Notes: generated by a model not told the origin, from the letters alone. Shown: positions 20,184-30,899, counted from the stretch's first letter. The stretch is DNA of 64,000 nucleotides from Candidatus Limnocylindrales bacterium (GCA_035559535.1 DATMBG010000051.1:186001-250000); one strand, 5' to 3'. Numbers and translations are program-made.

Positions 20184-21779
20184 TTATGACGAAAAGTTAT
20201 TTCTCTTTCCTTCCAATCTTTCCCGAACGATCTGTTTCTGAATTTTTCCTACCGAAGTACGGGGGAGTGTGTCTACAAACTCTACCCGTTCTGGAACCTT
20301 GAAGGGAGCAAGGCGTTTTGCACAATAAGCCTGAATAATCTCGGCGGTTAAACGGGCCTCGGGTTTTGGAACCACGACTGCTACAACAGCTTCATCCCGG
20401 AGGGGGTCCGGAACTCCCACCACACATACATCCAATACACCCGGACAATCCAGGATAACAGTTTCAATTTCTATACTGGAGATATTCTCGCCTGCCCGCT
20501 TGATCAAATCTTTGCTACGGTCAACAAAGTACAGGAAACCTTCTTCATCGGCGTAAACGGTATCCCCAGAAAATAACCAGATCCCATCGGACAGGGTACG
20601 GAGTGTTCTGACCGTAGCTTCTGGATTCTTGAGATAACCCAGCATCAGGCTACGTCCCGGTATACCCCGCACAATCAATTGACCGGACTCGCCAGGTGCA
20701 ACCTCTTGACCTTCCTCATTTATCACCTTGACTTCGTAACCCGGCACGGGTCGTCCCATCGCCTGTAAGTTTCTCTCGCCGGTTAAAGGACTCATCACCG
20801 GCAAGCTGCACGTTTCTGTCATCCCCCACAACTGTTGGAGTGGCACCCGAAAGCGACGATGCCAGGTTTCGTATTGGGTCGGTGTGAGGTTCTGGGCAAA
20901 GGTTATATTTCTCAATTTATGGGCCCTATCCGTCGGGCGCTCGGGCTGGTTAAGAAGCATTCGCAACGGCGCACCAAATAAGGCAGCCATGGTACCCTCA
21001 TAGGTAATGGCTTGTTCAAAAAAACGGCTGGCGCTAAATCGGGATAAGATCACCACGCTTGCGCCTGCAATTAAGGAAGGCCAAAGGGCATGACATTGGG
21101 CAGCAGCATGGAATAAGGGTAAGGCAATCAAATGGCGATCTTCCTGCCTTAATCCGGTTGCCGCCCGAAATACCTCTGCCCCGTATACAAAATTGGTATT
21201 GGTCAACATAACCCCTTTGGGACGTGCGGTGGTCCCAGAGGTGTAAAGGAGTTGCACGACCCGCTCTGCCTTACCCTCTCCCCACGGCAGCGATACCGAC
21301 TGGTTGGCCAGTTCCTCTTCATAGATAGGATAACCCTGGGGTAGAGAAGCTTCCGTCTGACACAGTATGATCTGGCGTACCGAGGATCTCCCGGCGGCTT
21401 GCCGGACCACATCCAGACACCTTGCTTCCGTGAAAATAACTTTACTTTCAGAATGTTGAACCAGATAGGTAAGCTCGTCTGGAGTACTAACCGGATTGCT
21501 CGGCATGGCTATTGCGCCCAGGTAAGAAGCTGCCAGGATCAATTGAGGGTAGGCGGGATGGTTGGAAAGATGTAAGTTGAAAACATCTCCAGGACCTATG
21601 CCCAAGGCACACAACAGGTTCACGGCTCGATGGACACTCTCCAAAAATTCTGCAAACGTCCAGCGAGAAGCCAGGCCATCATCCCGTTCGTAGATCAACC
21701 CTTCCCGGGTCGGTTGTTGTCGGGCATGGGTGGCAAAAACAGAGTAAAGGGTACGGTTTCCGGCAATGTCCATGGACAA
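20184..21779 (-). CDS. Acyl-CoA ligase (CaiC-like AMP-binding)
   Basis: YTSGTTARPKG, WGMTET, SGD, DRSKDLIKRAGENIS, LPRTSVGKIQK. Confidence 0.92.
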   Translation of the reverse strand: MSMDIAGNRTLYSVFATHARQQPTREGLIYERDDGLASRWTFAEFLESVHRAVNLLCALGIGPGDVFNLHLSNHPAYPQLILAASYLGAIAMPSNPVSTPDELTYLVQHSESKVIFTEARCLDVVRQAAGRSSVRQIILCQTEASLPQGYPIYEEELANQSVSLPWGEGKAERVVQLLYTSGTTARPKGVMLTNTNFVYGAEVFRAATGLRQEDRHLIALPLFHAAAQCHALWPSLIAGASVVILSRFSASRFFEQAITYEGTMAALFGAPLRMLLNQPERPTDRAHKLRNITFAQNLTPTQYETWHRRFRVPLQQLWGMTETCSLPVMSPLTGERNLQAMGRPVPGYEVKVINEEGQEVAPGESGQLIVRGIPGRSLMLGYLKNPEATVRTLRTLSDGIWLFSGDTVYADEEGFLYFVDRSKDLIKRAGENISSIEIETVILDCPGVLDVCVVGVPDPLRDEAVVAVVVPKPEARLTAEIIQAYCAKRLAPFKVPERVEFVDTLPRTSVGKIQKQIVRERLEGKRNNFSS

Positions 21780-22068
21780 AATACTAAACGGTAATGGATT
21801 TATAAGTCAAGTACAAAATAGTACTCTGTAAATAACCGTTCCGGGGGTTTCTTTTCCCCCAGGGAGTTTAACACAGACCTTTTACTTATCTCCCTCCCAG
21901 GTTGGAGCCAGGTATATTTGCAAAATGCCGGCGAAATTATTCTCCCTCCCTTTCTCGCCTTTGAAAGCTTGTAATTCTCTCCCTCAGGCAACATTATATA
22001 AATTAAGTAAAAAAACCACAAACTTATTGTAAAGTCAGGACTTCTAAACTAAAAAGAGATCCCTGTCT

Positions 22069-22530
22069 ATGGACCCTGAAACCTATATCATCGAAAAAGC
22101 TTGTCCTGAAGACGTTAAGTGGATTGCCCGCTTCCAACTGGCCTTGGCCTTCGAATCCGAAAATCTCTGCCTCGACCTGGCCGTAGTCACCCAAGGAGTT
22201 CAGCATGTCTTTGAAAATCCTTCGCAAGGATTTTATATTGTCGCCAGATACAACTCGCAAGTTCCCGTGGGTTGTTTGCTTGTTTTAAAAGAGTGGAGTG
22301 ACTGGCGTAACGCAGAAGTTTGGTGGCTTCATAGTGTATATGTTTCTCCAGATCATCGGCGACGGGGAGTTTTTACGAAGATGTTTGAATATGTGGAAAC
22401 CCTAGCCCGTTCATCGGGAGCCCGAGGGCTAAGGCTTTACGTAGATAAAAATAATAAGCAGGCCCAGGCAGTTTATTCCAGGTTAAAAATGAGCAAAGAG
22501 CATTACGAACTCTTCGAGAAGATGTTTTAA
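22069..22530 (+). CDS. GNAT family N-acetyltransferase
   Basis: EWSDWRN, SVYVSPDHRRRGVF, LRLYVDKNN...AQAVYSRL. Confidence 0.9.
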   Translation: MDPETYIIEKACPEDVKWIARFQLALAFESENLCLDLAVVTQGVQHVFENPSQGFYIVARYNSQVPVGCLLVLKEWSDWRNAEVWWLHSVYVSPDHRRRGVFTKMFEYVETLARSSGARGLRLYVDKNNKQAQAVYSRLKMSKEHYELFEKMF

Positions 22531-22577
22531 TCGGAGAAAATTTCTACCTTTTCCATTGAGCAGGGTAAAGGTTAGTC

Positions 22578-24203
22578 ATGACGAAACTTATCCTCTTACA
22601 ACCCCCTATTCAGGATTTCTATGAAACCGATGTCCGTCTTCAACCTATCGGATTGTGCTATCTCAAAGCCGCGGTAAAAAAATACCTGCCGGATGTGGAA
22701 GTCGTCATCAAGGATTATCATCAGGGTTGGGGACGTCGAACGATTCCCATACCCAAGGAACTTGCCTATCTTAAGGATTTTTATCCCTGGCCGGATAAGA
22801 GTCCTTTTTCCTCTTTTTATCATTATTACCATTTTGGAGCCCCCTTTGAAGTCCTCGCGGAAGAGGTGGCCCGTGAAAAACCGGATCTTGTCGGTATCTC
22901 TTCCCTGTTTTCTCCCTACTACCGGGAAGTTCTACAAAGTGCCCATGAGATAAAAAAACGTCTGAAAGTTCCTATCCTGGTCGGAGGGTCCCATGTATCG
23001 GCAGCCCCTTTAACCATGCTTAAACATCCCGACATCGATTTTGTCATTCGGGGAGAGGGAGAAAGACCCCTGGTAGAATTTCTGAGGGCCTGGAAAAACG
23101 GAGAATCTCTGGACCGGGTCCCTAATTTGGGTTTTAAAAAAAAGGGTACCTATGTTCTCAATGAGATGGAAGATAATTTTCCCCTTGAAGAACTTCCTTT
23201 CCCGGATCTCTCTGATCTGCCGCGTGAAAGGTATCTTTTTGAAAACCGTCCCCTCAGCTTTGTGATTACTTCACGGAGTTGTCCCCACCGTTGTACATTC
23301 TGTTCGGTTCATCTTACCTTTGGCTATCGTTATCGCAGGCGTACCCCCGAGCAGGTATTTCAAGAAATTAAACAACGTTATCGGGAAGGATTTCGGGTTT
23401 TTGATTTTGAAGATGATAACCTGACCTTTTACATGGATGAAATGAAGGTCCTGTGTAAAAAACTCATCGAGGCGTTTCCTGCCGGTGACCTTCAATTGGT
23501 GGCTATGAATGGAATTTCCTATTTGAGTCTGAACCCTGAGCTGTTGCAGTTCATGAAGAGAGCTGGATTTACCCATCTCAATCTGGCTTTGGTCAGCTCA
23601 GATGAAGTAGTTCGAGAAACTACCAAACGTCCCCATACGATAGAAAAATATCTGGAAGTAGTCCATGAGGCGACACGTTTAGGGTTTAAAATTGTTTCTT
23701 ATCAAATCCTGGGGTTACCAAATGAAACTTTAGATTCCATGGTTCAGACCCTTTCCTTTGCAGCTCGACTTCCAGTTCTTCTGGGAGCCTCCATGTTTTA
23801 CCTTACTCCTAACTCCCCGATAGCTAAAGGATTTCCAGAACCTGCCGAAGAGGACATTTTCAAATCACGTCTCACGGCCATGGCCATCGAATCAAAGCAG
23901 TTCAGGCGAGAAGATATTTATACCCTCTTTATAACCACGCGGATTATCAATTTTATTAAAGGAATCCAATTTGAAGGCAACTCCCTGACGCTTGGAGAAG
24001 CTTTAGATAAGGCCCGTTCTCAGGGGAAAAGATCGGCCCTGGGAGCCGATCTTTTAGAAAAACTCCTGACGGAGCAACGTCTTTATGCCGCAACCGGGCA
24101 CGGTTTAAAGTTACTTCCCCGGTTTAAATCCGAGCTTTTTTTCCGGGTATGGTCAAATCTCGATCAAATCGGGACCCAAGAAGGAAAAACCATAATTTTA
24201 TAG
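22578..24203 (+). CDS. B12-binding domain radical SAM protein
   Basis: N-terminal B12-binding fold (PIGLCYL, DLVGIS, VGGSH, GEGE) plus TSRSCPHRCTFC and FEDDN. Confidence 0.9.
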   Translation: MTKLILLQPPIQDFYETDVRLQPIGLCYLKAAVKKYLPDVEVVIKDYHQGWGRRTIPIPKELAYLKDFYPWPDKSPFSSFYHYYHFGAPFEVLAEEVAREKPDLVGISSLFSPYYREVLQSAHEIKKRLKVPILVGGSHVSAAPLTMLKHPDIDFVIRGEGERPLVEFLRAWKNGESLDRVPNLGFKKKGTYVLNEMEDNFPLEELPFPDLSDLPRERYLFENRPLSFVITSRSCPHRCTFCSVHLTFGYRYRRRTPEQVFQEIKQRYREGFRVFDFEDDNLTFYMDEMKVLCKKLIEAFPAGDLQLVAMNGISYLSLNPELLQFMKRAGFTHLNLALVSSDEVVRETTKRPHTIEKYLEVVHEATRLGFKIVSYQILGLPNETLDSMVQTLSFAARLPVLLGASMFYLTPNSPIAKGFPEPAEEDIFKSRLTAMAIESKQFRREDIYTLFITTRIINFIKGIQFEGNSLTLGEALDKARSQGKRSALGADLLEKLLTEQRLYAATGHGLKLLPRFKSELFFRVWSNLDQIGTQEGKTIIL

Positions 24204-24255
24204 AACAAACAAAGGATCCGCTTCTTACGAAATGGTATTTCGTTCTACGGCCCGG

Positions 24256-25092
24256 TTAGGTTACCATCATCTCTCCGTATAAAGGGAGACCCGGATAATC
24301 CGTGTTGAATCGAAACACCGCATTGTTATCGACTTCAGTTACATACAGGGTTTTCCGGTCGGGTCCGCCAAACGCTACGTTTGTAACCCGCATCCCCCCA
24401 ATTGGGACCCGTTCCAGGATTTCTCCCTTGGGGTTAATAATGACGACATCGCCGGCTCCAAAGTGGGCCACGTATAAATTTCCGGCTACATCTAAAGCCA
24501 TCCCGTCGGGTCCCCAGCCTCCACTGAGCTGGCAGAAGATGGAGCTCCGAATGATATTACCGTGCTCGTCTATTCCATAGCGTAGAATTCGGTTCTTACG
24601 CGTAATGGCAACCCATAGATCTTTCCCATCTCGTGAAATGACAATTCCATTGGGAAAGGCCAATTTTGAAGCGAAAAGTTTAAGCTCTCCCTGGGCCGAT
24701 AAGCGATAAATATTCCCAAAGGGCTCTTCTGCGGAAGATCCCCAAGGATCTGTAAAGTAAAGGTTTCCCATAGAATCGAATACAAGGTCGTTGGGTCCAT
24801 TAAAGTTCCTTCCTTTATAAGTATCGACAACCGTACGAATTTTTCCTTCAGGGGAGATGGCTAGGATGCCTTTTCTTCGATCGGCCACATACAAGTCCCC
24901 ATTTGCATGGAACTTGGCACCGTTGGGAACTCCTCCGGTGTTTACAAAAGTTTCTACTCGACCCTCCGGGGTAATTTTCGAGATATCCCCTGTATCAATG
25001 TTCACCGTGAACAGGTTCCCTTTCTTATCAAAAGCGGGACCCTCTGGAAATTTTAAACCTCGCGCAAAAAGTGTAACAGATCGACCGGTCAT
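24256..25092 (-). CDS. SMP-30/gluconolactonase family protein
   Basis: FPEGP, GPNDL...LYFTDP, FPNGI, GPDGMALD. Confidence 0.92.
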   Translation of the reverse strand: MTGRSVTLFARGLKFPEGPAFDKKGNLFTVNIDTGDISKITPEGRVETFVNTGGVPNGAKFHANGDLYVADRRKGILAISPEGKIRTVVDTYKGRNFNGPNDLVFDSMGNLYFTDPWGSSAEEPFGNIYRLSAQGELKLFASKLAFPNGIVISRDGKDLWVAITRKNRILRYGIDEHGNIIRSSIFCQLSGGWGPDGMALDVAGNLYVAHFGAGDVVIINPKGEILERVPIGGMRVTNVAFGGPDRKTLYVTEVDNNAVFRFNTDYPGLPLYGEMMVT

Positions 25093-25425
25093 GTTTAAGC
25101 CTCCTCGGTTATGAAGTTAGAATTTTAGACTGTGGATCGATGATTACGGATTACTTCAAAAAGGTCAAGGGAAAAACGATATCCTTCTCGACTCTTTTAA
25201 CTTCAGGAGGCTCCAGGACAGGACCTCGGATATGAAATCACTCCGTACTCCCCAGAGGTAGAGTGAAAAGTGGGTAGGGGCCTTCAAGGCCAGAGTTCTA
25301 AATTTTAAAAAGATTTTTTCAGATAATCCCATTTAGAGGCAATTTCAAGAGGTACTGAAGAGAATTCTCGGGTAAAATGCTATTTTTCCATTGACTTTTC
25401 TTAAAGAGAGTGAAAAAACAGAATT

Positions 25426-26376
25426 ATGGCGGAGATTGAAGGTAAATTATATAAAGTTTATACAAAAAAATACAAGCCCGGCAGTCGGTTATGGACTCAA
25501 GGTCTGGAAAATGAATGGCTTTTGGGGTACCTGCTTCTTTTCCCCATTTTTGTTATTCTGGTCGGTTTGATCGGTTACCCTTTCATAAGTACGATTATTT
25601 TCAGCTTTCAGAATAAGCTGATCGGGGTGAAGGAAAGTGAGTGGGTAGGTTTAGATAATTATCGGTATCTACTTCACAATCCCATCTTTCTGAAGACAGT
25701 TGTTAATTCCTTTGTTTATACGATCCTAGGTGTGGGAATAAAATGCCTGTTGGGTTTGACGACGGCAACAGTGCTCAATCAACCCATTCGATTCCGGAAT
25801 TTTTTCAGAACCCTTTTGTTTGCTCCCTGGGCTATCCCCGCGGTCATGACGGCCCTAAATTTCCGCTGGATCTATGATGATATGAATGGGGTTCTTAACC
25901 TCATGTTGGTCCGATACTTGGGTCGCAAAGAGTTTATCTATTTCTTAAGCGATCCCAAGATTGTTATGTTCTCGGTAGTAGCCGTGGTGGTCTGGCAGGG
26001 AACGCCTTTCTACAGCATGAATTTTCTGGCCGGCATGCAAGCCGTTCCCATGGAACTCTACGAAGCGGCAGAGATCGATGGGGCGTCGGCTATCCAGAAG
26101 TTCTTCTATATCACGATCCCCAGTATTCGTCATGTTATTGCCATTACCGTACTTCTCTCTACCATCTGGACGGCTAACGAAGTACAATTTGTTTACATTC
26201 TTACCAATGGGGGTCCCGATTATGCCACCCAGATCTTTCCTAATCTGGCCTTAGAACTTTTCCAAGGGCAGCATCTACTGGGAAGGGCCGTTGCGGTAAC
26301 GCTCATTTTTTTCCCCCTTTTCCTGGTGGCTATCGCTTTCCTTACCAGAAAAATGCTCCGGCAAACAGAACTCTAA
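25426..26376 (+). CDS. Carbohydrate ABC transporter permease 1
   Basis: EAA loop ELYEAAEIDGAS; 6 TM helices. Confidence 0.93.
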   Translation: MAEIEGKLYKVYTKKYKPGSRLWTQGLENEWLLGYLLLFPIFVILVGLIGYPFISTIIFSFQNKLIGVKESEWVGLDNYRYLLHNPIFLKTVVNSFVYTILGVGIKCLLGLTTATVLNQPIRFRNFFRTLLFAPWAIPAVMTALNFRWIYDDMNGVLNLMLVRYLGRKEFIYFLSDPKIVMFSVVAVVVWQGTPFYSMNFLAGMQAVPMELYEAAEIDGASAIQKFFYITIPSIRHVIAITVLLSTIWTANEVQFVYILTNGGPDYATQIFPNLALELFQGQHLLGRAVAVTLIFFPLFLVAIAFLTRKMLRQTEL

Positions 26377-26397
26377 ACAACTCTGCTGGGCAGAGAG

Positions 26398-27306
26398 GTG
26401 AAGACCTGGGGACATAGGGAAAATCCTCCTGTCCTTACGTCTCCGGGTTTTATTCTTATGGAGGTTGTAGAAAGACGATTCAAAAGTAAAGGCGCTGCTG
26501 TAATCACTTATTTTGTATTGGCTTTACTCTGTTTATGGACCCTGGGACCTATTTACTGGGTGGTAGCAACTTCGTTTAAAGAAGATAAAGAAATTTACGG
26601 ATCGGAAGCGACCTTGCTACCCCGGGAATTTACCTGGAAGAATTATCGTACCATCCTCTTTCAAAAACCTTTCCCAAACTTTTTTTATAACAGCCTCCGA
26701 ATTGCCCTGGTTACAACCTCGGCTTCTATTCTCTTGGGGACCCTTGGGGCCTATGCCTTCATTTACCTCCATTTTCCCGGTCGACAAATGCTGGCCCGTA
26801 GTATGATCGTAACCTACTTAATTCCTCCTGTATTGCTGGCTTTTCCTTTGTTTGCCCTCTTTAACCGATTAGATCTTATCGATAATGTTTATGGACTCAT
26901 GTTGGCCCATCTAACTTTTACAGTTCCTTTCTGCACCTGGATGTTGATGAGTTATTTTAGAACTGTTCCTAAAGAACTTCATGAAGCCGCTCTGGTAGAT
27001 GGGTGTACCCATCTGGGGACCCTCTTCCGTATTATTTTTCCCCTTTCCGGCCCAGCAATTGCCGTCGTGACCCTTTTTTCCTTTACCCTTTCCTGGAATG
27101 AATTCCTCTATGCGATCCTGTTTACCCAAAACAAATGGTCTCAGACGATTACGTCTGGGCTGAGTAGCCTCATGGTGGAGGATATCTTTTTCTGGGGTCA
27201 GATGATGGCCGGAAGTGTGTTAGCTTCTCTGCCGACGGTTCTTATCTACTTTTTATTCCAAAGACTCATGATTAAAGGGCTGGTTGTGGGAGCCGTAAAA
27301 GCCTAA
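26398..27306 (+). CDS. Carbohydrate ABC transporter permease 2 (start may be ATG 26458)
   Basis: EAA loop ELHEAALVDGC, WNEFLYA, GLVVGAVKA. Confidence 0.93.
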   Translation: MKTWGHRENPPVLTSPGFILMEVVERRFKSKGAAVITYFVLALLCLWTLGPIYWVVATSFKEDKEIYGSEATLLPREFTWKNYRTILFQKPFPNFFYNSLRIALVTTSASILLGTLGAYAFIYLHFPGRQMLARSMIVTYLIPPVLLAFPLFALFNRLDLIDNVYGLMLAHLTFTVPFCTWMLMSYFRTVPKELHEAALVDGCTHLGTLFRIIFPLSGPAIAVVTLFSFTLSWNEFLYAILFTQNKWSQTITSGLSSLMVEDIFFWGQMMAGSVLASLPTVLIYFLFQRLMIKGLVVGAVKA

Positions 27307-27382
27307 ATCGGTAAGCAGAGGGGAGCCTGTAAATCAGTTCTTTCTGCTTACTTCCCACAATCCAAGGCCTGCTTCTTAAAAT

Positions 27383-28696
27383 ATGACCGAAAAAACTTTT
27401 ACCCGTAGAGAAGTTTTAAAGCAGGGTGCAGCCGCCGTTGGTGCGGCCGCTTTTTCTGCCTGGACGCCTCGAAAAACGTGGGCAAAGCCCCAGATAACGG
27501 TTTGGACTATTGGTTTTTTCAATCCTAAAGCCGACGAAATTATTCAACAGCAGTTTGCCGAGTTTGCCAAGAAAGCCAATGCCGATGTAAACGTAGTTAT
27601 CGTCCCAGGTCCTCAGATTACCCGTAAGTTACAAACGGCCGTAGAGGGAGGGGCTCCACCGGATCTCTCTATGATCTACGACTCGGATACCCAGTACTAT
27701 CGATCTATCGGCCAGCTTCTGGAGGTTACCGACTTGGTCAATGAGATGAAGAAGGAGCCTGAGGGGCTCTTCCCTGCGGCTCTGGATACCGTAGAATACG
27801 AGGGAAAAGCCTTTGGAGTTCCCCTTACCATAAGCCCCTGGCCCCTGCACTGGCGAAAAGATCTCTTCGAACAGGCTAAATTGGAGTATCCCAAAGACAT
27901 CTTTGAATTTGTCGAGGTCTGTAAAAAGCTCCAGAAACCACCTTATCTCTATGGGGCCGGATTCTGTTTGGGAAGAGCCCTGGATGGCGTAGACAACATC
28001 CAAAACATCCTTTGGCTTTTTGGGGGCTGGATGACCCAGGATGAGAAGACCTTGAGTATTGACTCCCCCGGCACCATAGAAGGGTTAAAATTCCTTAACA
28101 AAATGTATAATGAAGATAAAATCATTCCACCTGGAGCTATCAATTGGGATGATAGTGGAAATAACAAGGCCTATCAGTCCAGACAGGCTATCTTTATCTG
28201 TAACCCGACCAGTGTTTACTCTTATTTATCCATCAACGACCCCGATCTTATGAGTAAGACCGGACTTTCTCCCTTCCCACCGGGGCCAGCCGGATCCTTC
28301 AGTCTCATTGATGCCTGGGCCTATGGAGCTTTTACAAAAACCAAAGAACCGAATCTGGTAAAAGATGCCATGATGTGGATGATGCAACCCGATCGTTATG
28401 CCCGCCTTATTGAGGAAGCAGGTGGTCGGGCAGTACCTGTCTACCGGCGCTTGACAAAGGATGAGTTTTGGCAGCAACGCCCGGTATTTAGTGAATTTCT
28501 TAAAATGCCGGAATACGGATATAGAGTGACCGCCAAATCGCCTCCCACCCCAGCCACGGCAGAGGTCGTAGACTCTTACATCATCCCCGATATGGCCCAG
28601 GAGGTATTGGTACGAGGGGTAGATCCGGCTGAAGCTGCTAAGCGAGCCCAGGAACGAGCCCAGGCAATCTTTGATCGCCATTACAAGAGGGGATAG
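27383..28696 (+). CDS. ABC transporter substrate-binding protein, Tat-exported
   Basis: TRREVLK twin-arginine signal; SBP_bac_1-like motifs (PPDL, WRKDL, WDDSGNN). Confidence 0.9.
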   Translation: MTEKTFTRREVLKQGAAAVGAAAFSAWTPRKTWAKPQITVWTIGFFNPKADEIIQQQFAEFAKKANADVNVVIVPGPQITRKLQTAVEGGAPPDLSMIYDSDTQYYRSIGQLLEVTDLVNEMKKEPEGLFPAALDTVEYEGKAFGVPLTISPWPLHWRKDLFEQAKLEYPKDIFEFVEVCKKLQKPPYLYGAGFCLGRALDGVDNIQNILWLFGGWMTQDEKTLSIDSPGTIEGLKFLNKMYNEDKIIPPGAINWDDSGNNKAYQSRQAIFICNPTSVYSYLSINDPDLMSKTGLSPFPPGPAGSFSLIDAWAYGAFTKTKEPNLVKDAMMWMMQPDRYARLIEEAGGRAVPVYRRLTKDEFWQQRPVFSEFLKMPEYGYRVTAKSPPTPATAEVVDSYIIPDMAQEVLVRGVDPAEAAKRAQERAQAIFDRHYKRG

Positions 28697-28701
28697 CACA
28701 T

Positions 28702-28992
28702 ATGCCCAAACGAGTCAAAAGTGCCATCGTTGATGTAGAAGATCTCTACGAAGGAATGGAAATCCTCTGTAGACCCTGTGGCTTTACCGGTTATTTAACT
28801 TTAAAGGAGGATTCCGGGGAGTATTTCATTGGGATAAAGGCTTTTCTGGAAATCGGAAGGGCCCTCCTTCGCTGCCCGGCTTGCGGCGCTGAAAATCTCT
28901 TAACCTATTGTGATGGAAAAAAAGGTCTTTACCGAGGCTGCAAAAACTTCATCCTGGGAGGAGGTACCTGCCAGGAGTGTGAGCAGAGTTGA
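28702..28992 (+). CDS. Small Cys-rich putative Zn/Fe-binding protein
   Basis: CRPC, CPAC, C-x9-C and CQEC in 96 aa; tightly spaced between operon genes. Confidence 0.65.
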   Translation: MPKRVKSAIVDVEDLYEGMEILCRPCGFTGYLTLKEDSGEYFIGIKAFLEIGRALLRCPACGAENLLTYCDGKKGLYRGCKNFILGGGTCQECEQS

Positions 28993-28995
28993 ATA

Positions 28996-29766
28996 TTGGA
29001 TAAAATAAGTTTACCGACCATCCTTTACGAGAAAAAACAGCGTGTGGCTCGAATTACCTTAAATCGGCCGGAAATTCTCAATGCCGCCAACCATCAATGG
29101 ATCGAAGACCTTCATACGGTGGTCAATGTTGTAGCCTCTGACGGAGAGCTCCGAATCGTGGTCATTACCGGAGCTGGAAGGGCTTTTTGTACCGGTATCG
29201 ATTTGAAGGATTTATCCACCGGGAAAATTGCCCTATCTTTTCATAACCTCTGGGAGCGTACCATGCGAATCCTGGAAACTATGGATAAGATTGTCATAGC
29301 CGGAATTAATGGGTATTGTCTGGGTGGTGGACTTCAATTGGCCCTGGCCTGCGATATTCGAGTCGCCAGCCAAACAGCTATCTTAGGACTTCCCGCCGTG
29401 AAAGAATGCCTGATTCCAGGATTGGCTACCTATCGTCTCCCCCGATTTGTCGGAATGGGCCGGGCCAAACGGTTAATCCTCACAGGAGAAAATATTACAG
29501 CCCTGGAAGCTGAAGCGATAGGTCTGGTGGATTGGGTGGTGCCCCCGGAAGAGTTTGAGGAAAAACTTCAAGCCATTATCCAAAAGTTCCTCAAATTCGC
29601 CACCAAAGCCGCCAGACTGGCCAAGATTCTGACCAGTCAGGCCTTTGACCTCTCCTATTCAGAATTTCTGGAGAAATACTTTGAGTTTCAAAAGATTGCC
29701 AGCGAATCGGAAGAACATCAAGAAGCCATGCGGGCGTATAGAGAAAAACGGGAGCCCAAATATTAG
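28996..29766 (+). CDS. Enoyl-CoA hydratase/isomerase family protein (atypical active site)
   Basis: LNRPEILNA, AFCTGIDL, GYCLGGGLQLALACD, REKREPKY; TTG start. Confidence 0.9.
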   Translation: MDKISLPTILYEKKQRVARITLNRPEILNAANHQWIEDLHTVVNVVASDGELRIVVITGAGRAFCTGIDLKDLSTGKIALSFHNLWERTMRILETMDKIVIAGINGYCLGGGLQLALACDIRVASQTAILGLPAVKECLIPGLATYRLPRFVGMGRAKRLILTGENITALEAEAIGLVDWVVPPEEFEEKLQAIIQKFLKFATKAARLAKILTSQAFDLSYSEFLEKYFEFQKIASESEEHQEAMRAYREKREPKY

Positions 29767-29798
29767 GAACCGGACTACGATCCCAAGAGCCCGGTTCT

Positions 29799-30854
29799 TC
29801 ACTCTGTTGGTAAAGTCGGAAGAGTGAAGGAGGGTAGTTCACCTGTCAAGGCTTTTAAAAAGGCGATAAGATCCTTCTTTTCTTCATCGGTCAGATTTAA
29901 CGGTTTCATGCGTTCCGATTTACCCGGCACCTCTCCCCCACCTTTGTTATAAAACTCGATAACTTCCTCCAGGGTTTTAAAAACTCCGTTGTGCATATAG
30001 GGGGGGGTTAAAGCCACATTCCGAAGCCCGGGGGTTTTGAATCGACCCCTATCCTCCTCTTTTTGGGTTATGCCAGACCGACCTGGATCTTTATCATCCG
30101 GTCCACGAGGCGGGACCCCGAGGTTGTGAAACTCGTCATCGGTGAAAAGAATCCCTTTGTGACATTGCACACAGGCCCCCTTCAGCAAAAAGACCCATAA
30201 CCCTCTCTTCTCCGATTCGCTCAAAGCCGATTTATCTCCCCGGGCATAGCGATCAAAGGGAGAATTGGGGGTGGTCAAAGTCCGTTCAAAGGTCGCGATA
30301 GCCTTTGCCATATTCTCAGCGGTCACTTCTTCCGTCCCAAATACTTTGTGAAATTGTTCTTTATAACCCCGGAGTCGGGTTATCCCATCGCTTACGGCTA
30401 GTCCCATTTTGATCAGACTCAAAGCCTGGGCTTCTAAAGAAGGGAACCTCCCATCCCACATCTGAAGCTTATTATAAGCAGCGTTTAAGAGGGTCGGCGT
30501 ATTTCGGGGGCCTTTGGCTCCAATATCGGTCGGATGATCGGTTGCATAAGCCTTTTCCGGAATATGGCAGGTCAAACAACTCGACTTTCCATCCGGTCCA
30601 AGGGAAAGTCGTCCATCAACAAAGAGCATTTTTCCCAGGGCAACCTTATCCGGGGTCCAGGGATTATCGGCCGGGACAGGTACTTCGGGAAGAGGCCCTA
30701 AATCACCCGGAAACCGAGAAAGTTTATCCAGCATTTCAATATCCGACCGGGAAACCTGAGCCTCTGTTACAGATAAGCTCAGGAATAGAAACCTCCCAAC
30801 GAAGATCGCAATGGAGATCGTTAAGCCTTTTTTCATAATCTTTTCCCCAGGCAT
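29799..30854 (-). CDS. Diheme cytochrome c peroxidase (CcpA/MauG family)
   Basis: Signal peptide, CLTCH and CVQCH, RNTPTLLN, WDGR, FKTPGLRNV...PYMHNG. Confidence 0.92.
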   Translation of the reverse strand: MPGEKIMKKGLTISIAIFVGRFLFLSLSVTEAQVSRSDIEMLDKLSRFPGDLGPLPEVPVPADNPWTPDKVALGKMLFVDGRLSLGPDGKSSCLTCHIPEKAYATDHPTDIGAKGPRNTPTLLNAAYNKLQMWDGRFPSLEAQALSLIKMGLAVSDGITRLRGYKEQFHKVFGTEEVTAENMAKAIATFERTLTTPNSPFDRYARGDKSALSESEKRGLWVFLLKGACVQCHKGILFTDDEFHNLGVPPRGPDDKDPGRSGITQKEEDRGRFKTPGLRNVALTPPYMHNGVFKTLEEVIEFYNKGGGEVPGKSERMKPLNLTDEEKKDLIAFLKALTGELPSFTLPTLPTE

Positions 30855-30899
30855 TTAAACTGCATAAAAGAGTATTTTCGCGATGCAGAAAATCCCGGT

